This document shows positions 16,501 through 20,786 of a DNA stretch of 32,000 bases, in pieces. The DNA lies in contig NC_017448.1 in assembly GCF_000146505.1 (NCBI RefSeq), positions 1,080,001 through 1,112,000 on the forward strand, given 5' to 3'. This DNA comes from Fibrobacter succinogenes subsp. succinogenes S85 (GTDB lineage Bacteria; Fibrobacterota; Fibrobacteria; Fibrobacterales; Fibrobacteraceae). The number at the start of each line of letters is the position of its first letter. Position 1 is the first letter of the stretch. The notes beneath the pieces were generated by a model. That model saw only the letters and a program-made list of their open reading frames with translations, made no database searches and was not told the DNA's origin. The position numbers and the translations under genes are program-made.

Positions 16501-16848
16501 GTCATCATAGCAATAGCTAACCTCTGATTTACGAGAGGCTTTTTTAGGCTTTTGTTTACGTAAACTCCTATGAAATTTATGTGCTCTAGGTCCCAAAAGA
16601 TCTAAATCCATATCGACAGCTCTATCTTTTGTTTCATAATTCAGATTTTCAGCCATCCAGATCTGCGAACCTATTTTCACGATCTTGTAAATTTGGCCGT
16701 CACGATTGTCTGTCATAGTTCCGTATTTGACACCATCACGCAAAGGATTTTCCGCATCAACAGACGAATTTCGCGTAGAGCCACACGCAGCTAAAAGTGC
16801 AAGTACCAATGTACTTGCAACAAACAAAAAAGCAACTCGTTTACTCAT
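13600..16848 (-). CDS. Lipoprotein with five Fibrobacter succinogenes major paralogous domains
   Basis: Lipobox LLAA|C (Cys22). Domain copies lie at about 16111-16716, 15487-16002, 14842-15468, 14206-14748 and 13612-14139. They are separated by Ser/Thr- or acidic linkers. All carry WMAENL, YGRLY, CP.GWH[LI]P...EW..L, FSALP, FW[ST] and SVRC[VIL]. Confidence 0.9.
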   Translation of the reverse strand: MSKRVAFLFVASTLVLALLAACGSTRNSSVDAENPLRDGVKYGTMTDNRDGQIYKIVKIGSQIWMAENLNYETKDRAVDMDLDLLGPRAHKFHRSLRKQKPKKASRKSEVSYCYDDHPINCLRYGRLYPWSSAVEVCPAGWHLPDTTEWNTLFATVGGAESAGMALKFTDGWRNDGNGTDEYGFSALPVGFLYELDPQSNPNEYASFWSSTDVPKKGAYGMFLNYYSNGAKLGMDSYDVALSVRCLKGSKLSSSSSATATSSSSSQETSVGADSSVATETGTMVDSRDGQTYKTLKVGSWTWMAENLKYKTSDSYCFGDKDENCEKYGRLYKLDAMKDTSSLNLKQNVCPVGWHLPSQWEWDRLIDAVGGTLLAGKRLKKLMGWFGDSAKADDGVGFSVLPAGIRFSDGGYSRDGLYSLFWTSDEYGVFFNYYSPRIKMMVELSKLGASVRCIKDLAIGTLVDHRDGQTYKTVKIGSQNWMAENLRFKSPNSFCYNNADSNCTKYGRLYLWTAALDSVRLYKDDDEDCGYCKPCPPKFPLRGVCPKGWHIPTETEWETLFETVKPGTTSGLALKSETGWTRCDYDHRPFERVCRSAGNGYDYFGFSALPAGHWNKDGGKGIGESAMFWSSTGYYKSSPNYMSLRADKEYPDFEHCGGDYKNDGMSVRCVEDDAEEENLKSDADSLPSVSSVVAPFSSGNFLIDRRDGQTYRTVTIGEQTWMAENLKYKTEFSTCHKDPDSCAKYGRLYEWGEAYNACPADWHLPTEEDWNTLFATIGAKYRKYDGFLGAGEKLKSKSGWLGNGNGTDEYGFSALPAGTSNYYSEVIQSPDVHQGVGEKAYFWSVSVNPSFSNAYLIMESGTKRAYFAVGRDYDAISVRCVKNKPLQNKTSSATVPVSSVVKDSLVDNRDGQVYKTVKIGSQTWMAQNLNYETNDSRCYKNDYHNCSKYGHFYTWIDAEKACPAGWHLPDTTEWNTLFASVGGRPTASKYLKSKSGWKTCKNWCWANGNGSDDYDFSALPVASWGERSEFGSEGEGAVFWTASKEDRNAYYIYLVAKYSYTIYFNKNYDNYSRRSVRCVKDSD

Positions 16849-16924
16849 GATTCATTTCCTTTATTAAGGAATAAATACAAATTTAGTAAACGAATTCCCA
16901 ACTAATTTGGGTAAAAAGAATTTA

Positions 16925-18481
16925 TTAGAATTTCAAATCAACCGGATTGAAATTGAATTTCACACCCGAGCGGAGCCATGCATCAGAGCCATCTTCACGC
17001 TTGTCATGCGAAAGATTGCGATAAACACGGAAACCGCCTCCAACGTAGTACTTAAACCAATCCGTCACGGTTTCTTCGTAAAGGGCATCAACGACAAATT
17101 GCGTTTCAACAACTCCCGAAAGCGCATTTTCCGGTTTCAACGCAACATCGTAGTCCGTATAAAGTTCCTTATCGCCCTGGCGCAGCCAAGCGAACGTCAA
17201 CGTTGCAGAACGGCGAGAAGTTTTCCAGTTCATATCAAACCAGAGGTCAAGCGCATCGCCACCTCTGCGGTAGCCAATCGGATAATCTACAAAGTAGGCG
17301 TCGGCATAATCACGGTCGCCCTGTTCACGGAAATTGCTGCGATAATTGCGGCGCCCCGTGTATTTTAAAAGCGGGAGCCTGCTGTTGTTTGCCGCAGGGT
17401 CTGTTTTCACAACATCCAATCGCCAAGAAAATTTGCCGTAATTGCGGGTTTCAAGCTCGTGATAATAACCGACCATGTAATTAATGATAGAGCGGTTCGT
17501 CCCCATCTTTTTGTCTTCACCGACCGGGCTTGCAATATCTTCCATGTTAATTTGGCTGTAGAATTTCGCACCATTAGACGTCTTGTAACCAAATTCTACA
17601 GAAGTCGCCGCAGAAGTATAACCCGTGGCGTAATTATCGTGCCAGTACATAAACGGGTTGAAAGAGCGGAATTCCAGAGATTTGCCGCCGATGACACTTT
17701 GTTCCACAAGGTAAATCCAGAATTTTTTAGTATCAACACCGAGCCTGTGGAATACCATATTCTTCACGTTCTCAGTATAAGTGCGATTACGCTGGTTACT
17801 CACCTGCTTTCCGCGCGGCGTACACTTTTGGGCGTAAGCCTCGCTACCTTCTGGCGGGCAGCCCGTTTCGTGATTAATCACATCATTAAAAAGCCAAGCG
17901 TTCAACGAACTCAGCAAAAAGTCATAGCGGAAAATGCCGATATTCAATTTCCAGTGGATACCGTCGTGATATGGTAAACCACCCAAGAAAATATCGTTCT
18001 TGGAAATTTTCAAGTCTTCGGGATTAAAACGGCCGAACTGCACAAAGCCAATAGAATTATCCCACTTGGCGTAGGCATTAATTGGCACATTGATATCGAG
18101 TTCGCTCGGCTTGTAAGTAAAGTTCGTCTTGAGGTCGTTATTGTACCAAGCTTCCAAATCTTTGCGCAAAGGCGCTTCCATCAAGAAGTGGAAATCCTTG
18201 TAGCCCGCACGGAAGCTGAGCGTAAAGAACGGATTGATGCGTTCCTCGTAATTGCGGGCCGTCTCCAGCGGAATGCGCAACCCGCGCCAATTTCCACCGT
18301 AATTTTCCGCCGTATCCACAGCAAACGTCGGGTCGGTCGGGCCGCCATTAAAACCGAAATTGAAATCCGTCCCAATCTGGAAATAGCCAACCTTTTCCGC
18401 AGGCTTTTCAGAAACATTTTCAGCCGAGGCAAGCGCCGCCACCGCCATCAAACAAGCAAACAATAAAGCACGAGATAACAT
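16925..18481 (-). CDS. Putative outer-membrane beta-barrel protein (family not recognised)
   Basis: Sec signal peptide MLSRALLFACLMAVAALASA|EN. The sequence is rich in Y/W/F/G/N with many alternating hydrophobic stretches. The C-terminus ...GVKFNFNPVDLKF ends in Phe, as in the OMP beta-signal. It heads the lipoprotein gene string. No SD is visible upstream. Confidence 0.65.
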   Translation of the reverse strand: MLSRALLFACLMAVAALASAENVSEKPAEKVGYFQIGTDFNFGFNGGPTDPTFAVDTAENYGGNWRGLRIPLETARNYEERINPFFTLSFRAGYKDFHFLMEAPLRKDLEAWYNNDLKTNFTYKPSELDINVPINAYAKWDNSIGFVQFGRFNPEDLKISKNDIFLGGLPYHDGIHWKLNIGIFRYDFLLSSLNAWLFNDVINHETGCPPEGSEAYAQKCTPRGKQVSNQRNRTYTENVKNMVFHRLGVDTKKFWIYLVEQSVIGGKSLEFRSFNPFMYWHDNYATGYTSAATSVEFGYKTSNGAKFYSQINMEDIASPVGEDKKMGTNRSIINYMVGYYHELETRNYGKFSWRLDVVKTDPAANNSRLPLLKYTGRRNYRSNFREQGDRDYADAYFVDYPIGYRRGGDALDLWFDMNWKTSRRSATLTFAWLRQGDKELYTDYDVALKPENALSGVVETQFVVDALYEETVTDWFKYYVGGGFRVYRNLSHDKREDGSDAWLRSGVKFNFNPVDLKF

Positions 18482-18527
18482 AACATAAATGTATTAAAAT
18501 TTTTTCTTTTTTTGTCCGCATCCGCGA

Positions 18528-18621
18528 GCGGAGCGGACACGCCGTGAGCCACAAGTGCCTCATATTAACGAGGCATGGTGGCGAGAGCGGAGCGCCGACG
18601 GAGTTTTTCTATTAAATCAAA
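18528..18621. repeat. Repeat unit 1 (94 bp)
   Basis: GCGGAGCGGACACGCCGTGAGCC-ACAAG-TGCCTCATATTAACGAGGCA-TGGT-GGCGAGAGCGGAGCGCCGACGGAGTTTTTCTATTAAATCAAA. The inner hairpin TGCCTC/GAGGCA is at 18556-18575. The outer pairing is GCCAC/GTGGC. Confidence 0.9.
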
Positions 18622-18717
18622 GCGAAGCGGGTACTCTGTGAGCCATAAGCGGCACGGCGTAAGCGTGCCGTGTTGGCGAGAGCGAAGCGCCGACGGAGTT
18701 TTTCTATTAAATCAAAA
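18622..18717. repeat. Repeat unit 2 (96 bp)
   Basis: GCGAAGCGGGTACTCTGTGAGCC-ATAAG-CGGCAC(G)GC-GTAA-GCGTGCCG-TGTT-GGCGAGAGCGAAGCGCCGACGGAGTTTTTCTATTAAATCAAAA. The hairpin (18650-18670) is unrelated in sequence to unit 1. It has a GNRA-type loop and one bulge. The outer pairing is GCCA/TGGC. Confidence 0.9.
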
Positions 18718-18811
18718 GCGGAGCGGACACACCGTGAGCCGGAATGACCAAGCGCAAGCTGGTCATGAAGGCGAGAGCGAAGCGCCGACGGAGTTTTTCT
18801 ATTAAATCAAA
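18718..18811. repeat. Repeat unit 3 (94 bp)
   Basis: GCGGAGCGGACACACCGTGAGCC-GGA-ATGACCA(A)GC-GCAA-GCTGGTCAT-GAA-GGCGAGAGCGAAGCGCCGACGGAGTTTTTCTATTAAATCAAA. This is a third unrelated hairpin (18744-18766). It also has a GNRA-type loop and a single bulge at the same relative place as in unit 2. Confidence 0.9.
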
Positions 18812-18880
18812 GCGAAGCGGACACCCGTGAGCCACAAGTGCCTCGTATCAACGAGGCATGGTGGCGAGAGCGAGACGACG
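18812..18880. repeat. Repeat unit 4 (3' flank degenerate)
   Basis: GCGAAGCGGACACCCGTGAGCC-ACAAG-TGCCTCGT-ATCA-ACGAGGCA-TGGT-GGCGAGAGCGAG... The hairpin (18839-18858) is the unit-1 type but with a perfect 8-bp stem. Downstream, the conserved block decays (ACGACGATGGATGTTCCATATTACACAAGAG). Confidence 0.85.
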
Positions 18881-18967
18881 ATGGATGTTCCATATTACAC
18901 AAGAGTTGAGCGGACATCAGAAGGACCACCCAGGCAGGGAGACCCGGGTGATCCCTTGTGTTGTGGT

Positions 18968-19004
18968 GGGTGCGCACTCACGCACCCGTGTGTGTGTTCT
19001 TTCT
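18968..19004 (+). terminator. Candidate plus-strand intrinsic terminator at the distal end of the repeat array
   Basis: GGGTGCG-cactca-CGCACCC (7-bp GC stem, 18968-18987) is followed on the + strand by GTGTGTGTGTTCTTTCT. On the minus strand it is followed by ACCACAACAC, which has no U-tract. It would end a transcript running antisense to the flanking genes. Confidence 0.3.
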
Positions 19005-19081
19005 CGGAGGCGTGTTCGAAAACTTCGAACGCACCAGGTCGAATTTCGTTATTGCAATGTAGGGCTAATCGTTATACACGA

Positions 19082-20755
19082 TTAGTACAAATCAGAATTC
19101 ATACGCATAAAGGCCGGCAGGTCGTAATCAACATCGCGGTCCTTGAGTGCGTCTTCAGAAGCCTTCTGGTTACGCATGATTGCCGGAGTGGAGTAATCAA
19201 TCGTGTTCACCTGTTCGGTCTGAGCCGGGCGGGAATCCTGCTTGAAAGTGCTTGCGTAGTGGCCGTTAGAAAGCGGGTCAGCTTCGGCAGCACCCGGCAT
19301 TTCTTCGGTTTCACGAATGCTCTTCGGAGCAATGGTTTCTTCCGTGTAGCTAGCCTTGGCATCAAAACTCGGGGAAGCGAAAGAAGAAGCCGGAGCGAAC
19401 ATTGCAGCAGCCGTGTTCACCGGAGCAGCCTGGCGGGCTGCAGCGGGCTGAGCATAAGTGTTCTGCGGAGCCGTGTAAGACTGAGCAGAGTAAGACGGAG
19501 CAGCAGGAGCTGTAGCCGGGACAACACGCTGTGTGACAGCCGGAGTGGCAACCGTCGGAGCGGCAGGCATAGCGGAGGTCGGCATAGCGGCCGTGTTACG
19601 GCCAGCAAGAGCGAGGAAGTTCGTGGTCGGGCGCGGAGTAGCGGCCTGCACCGGAGCAGCCGGGGCCTGATACTGAGCCTGAGTCTGATTCATCTGATAA
19701 GCAGCGGTACCGATACCGGCATAGTTCACAGCAGCGGCATTGTTAGAGCCACCGCAACCCGTTGCGATGATGGTGATGCAAACCTTGTCGCCAAGTTCCG
19801 GAAGAGTGATGTCACCGACGATGATGTTCGGGTTGCCTTCTTCGCCCACGGCGTCGTAAATGTGTTCCATTGCTTCGTTGTGTTCGAGCAAGGAGTAGTT
19901 TTCGCCGTGAGAAACGTTGATGAGCACGCCAGAAGCACCCTGGATGTCGATATCTTCGAGGAGCGGAGAAGAGAGGGCTGCATCGGCAGCGGCAACACCG
20001 CGGCCTTCGCCTTCTGCAGTACCCGTACCCATAAGAGCGGAACCACCCTTGAGCATAACCTTGCGGATATCAGCAAAGTCAACATGCACGAGACCGTGAC
20101 GGAACATGATGCTGCAGATGCTCTGCACTGCGTTACCGAGGATTTCATCAGCCATCTTGAAGGCTTCGTCAACAGTAGCACTCTTGTTCGTGTTCTGGAT
20201 GAGGTTCAAGAGCTTCTTGTTTTCGATAACGATGATCGTATCAGCAGCTTCGCGGAGAGCGCGAACGCCATTCTGAGCCAAGGAATTACGGACGTTACCT
20301 TCAAAGCGGAACGGCTTTGTAACAACGGCAACCGTAAGGATACCAAGTTCACGTGCAACAGTAGCAACGATCGGAGCTGCACCCGTACCGGTACCACCGC
20401 CCATACCTGCAGTCACGAACACGAGGTCCGCACCCATCATGGCCTTCTTCAAGTCGTCAATGTTTTCTTCGACAGCCTTGCGACCCATTTCCGGATCCAT
20501 GCCAGCACCGAGATTTCTCGTGCTCTTTTCACCGATAAGGATCTTGTGGTCGGCGAGACTCTGGTCCAGAGCCATAGCGTCAGTATTGATGGCGTAGTAT
20601 TCCACACCTTCAATATTCATCTGCTTCATGCGGTTCACAGTATTGCCGCCGGCACCGCCGACGCCAAAGACCTTCACCTTGGCATTTCTGGTTGGAGTGT
20701 CATCACCCGTGATACGAGACATAGCCTCGAAATTGATATTTGCAAAGTCACTCAT
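19082..20755 (-). CDS. ftsZ: Cell division GTPase FtsZ with a long A/P/Q/T-rich C-terminal linker
   Basis: Motifs seen: GVGGAGGN and the tubulin signature GMGGGTGTGAAPIVA. The core ends near ...ITIIATGCGG (aa ~335). The linker of about 205 aa spans 19136-19750. The C-terminal conserved peptide is DVDYDLPAFMRMN. RBS: GGGAGATAAACT-ATG. Confidence 0.97.
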   Translation of the reverse strand: MSDFANINFEAMSRITGDDTPTRNAKVKVFGVGGAGGNTVNRMKQMNIEGVEYYAINTDAMALDQSLADHKILIGEKSTRNLGAGMDPEMGRKAVEENIDDLKKAMMGADLVFVTAGMGGGTGTGAAPIVATVARELGILTVAVVTKPFRFEGNVRNSLAQNGVRALREAADTIIVIENKKLLNLIQNTNKSATVDEAFKMADEILGNAVQSICSIMFRHGLVHVDFADIRKVMLKGGSALMGTGTAEGEGRGVAAADAALSSPLLEDIDIQGASGVLINVSHGENYSLLEHNEAMEHIYDAVGEEGNPNIIVGDITLPELGDKVCITIIATGCGGSNNAAAVNYAGIGTAAYQMNQTQAQYQAPAAPVQAATPRPTTNFLALAGRNTAAMPTSAMPAAPTVATPAVTQRVVPATAPAAPSYSAQSYTAPQNTYAQPAAARQAAPVNTAAAMFAPASSFASPSFDAKASYTEETIAPKSIRETEEMPGAAEADPLSNGHYASTFKQDSRPAQTEQVNTIDYSTPAIMRNQKASEDALKDRDVDYDLPAFMRMNSDLY

Positions 20756-20786
20756 AGTTTATCTCCCTGATTTGAGTGGTTTATGG

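Larger units (their letters stand above)
18528..18880. repeat. Tandem array of about 3.75 direct repeats (period 94-96 bp) with conserved flanks and a covarying central hairpin; possible structured-RNA array
   Basis: Units start at 18528, 18622, 18718 and 18812. The conserved frame is GCGRAGCGGRYAC..GTGAGCC [hairpin] GGCGAGAGCGRAGCGCCGACGGAGTTTTTCTATTAAATCAAA. The 42-nt 3' block is identical in units 1-3 except at R. The extended hairpins are at 18548-18582, 18642-18677, 18738-18772 and 18831-18865. Confidence 0.9.

Noticed and set aside
9817-16848. Diversity-generating retroelement (DGR) targeting the lectin-like paralogous domains
   Set aside because: No reverse transcriptase gene is present in the window. 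No template/variable repeat pair with adenine-specific mismatches is present either. Differences between domain copies are spread over the whole domain and all base types.
16897-16911. Hairpin CCCAA-ctaat-TTGGG between the OMP gene and the 1082-aa lipoprotein gene, as a terminator
   Set aside because: It has only a 5-bp AT-containing stem and no U-tract on the minus strand. It is too weak to call, so I assume co-transcription remains possible.
18528-18880. CRISPR array interpretation of the tandem repeats
   Set aside because: The conserved part (~65-70 nt) is about twice as long as a CRISPR repeat. The variable parts (~20-30 nt) are themselves perfect hairpins, and two of them (units 1 and 4) are near-identical. 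No cas genes are in the window. The geometry fits a structured repeat rather than a spacer archive.
18910-18990. Possible SRP (4.5S) RNA or XerCD dif site, from AGGCAG / GGACC fragments and from GGTGCGCA
   Set aside because: The SRP domain-IV hallmarks (GGAA tetraloop flanked by AGCAGC and the symmetric loop) are absent on both strands. The dif resemblance is limited to 8 nt, without the TTATGTTAAAT-type XerD arm or the 6-bp spacer architecture.
18575-19085. Plus-strand ORFs 18575-18805 (76 aa) and 18858-19085 (75 aa) inside the repeat region
   Set aside because: The peptide of the first merely echoes the DNA periodicity (…RSGYSVSHKRHG… / …RSGHTVSRNDQ…). Neither has an RBS, and the second runs through hairpins and into the ftsZ stop. 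I treat both as non-coding.
19014-19085. Hairpins just downstream of, or overlapping, the ftsZ stop (CTAATCG-ttataca-CGATTAG at 19065-19085; GTTCGAA-aac-TTCGAAC at 19014-19030), as the ftsZ terminator
   Set aside because: Both are perfect 7-bp stems, but neither is followed by a U-run on the minus strand. They may contribute to mRNA 3'-end stability, but I cannot support an intrinsic-terminator call.
18827-20770. 647-aa plus-strand ORF antisense to ftsZ. Similar long antisense ORFs occur elsewhere: 1255-2505, 2298-3200, 8633-9739, 10786-11565, 20628-21551, 23238-24449, 24440-25381, 26526-27947, 28282-29592.
   Set aside because: Each lies exactly opposite a gene with unmistakable family motifs. 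Their translations are Arg/His/Ser/Val-rich low-complexity strings with no recognisable motifs, signal peptides or RBS. They are explained by codon bias of the sense genes, which rarely produces stop complements in the antisense frame.
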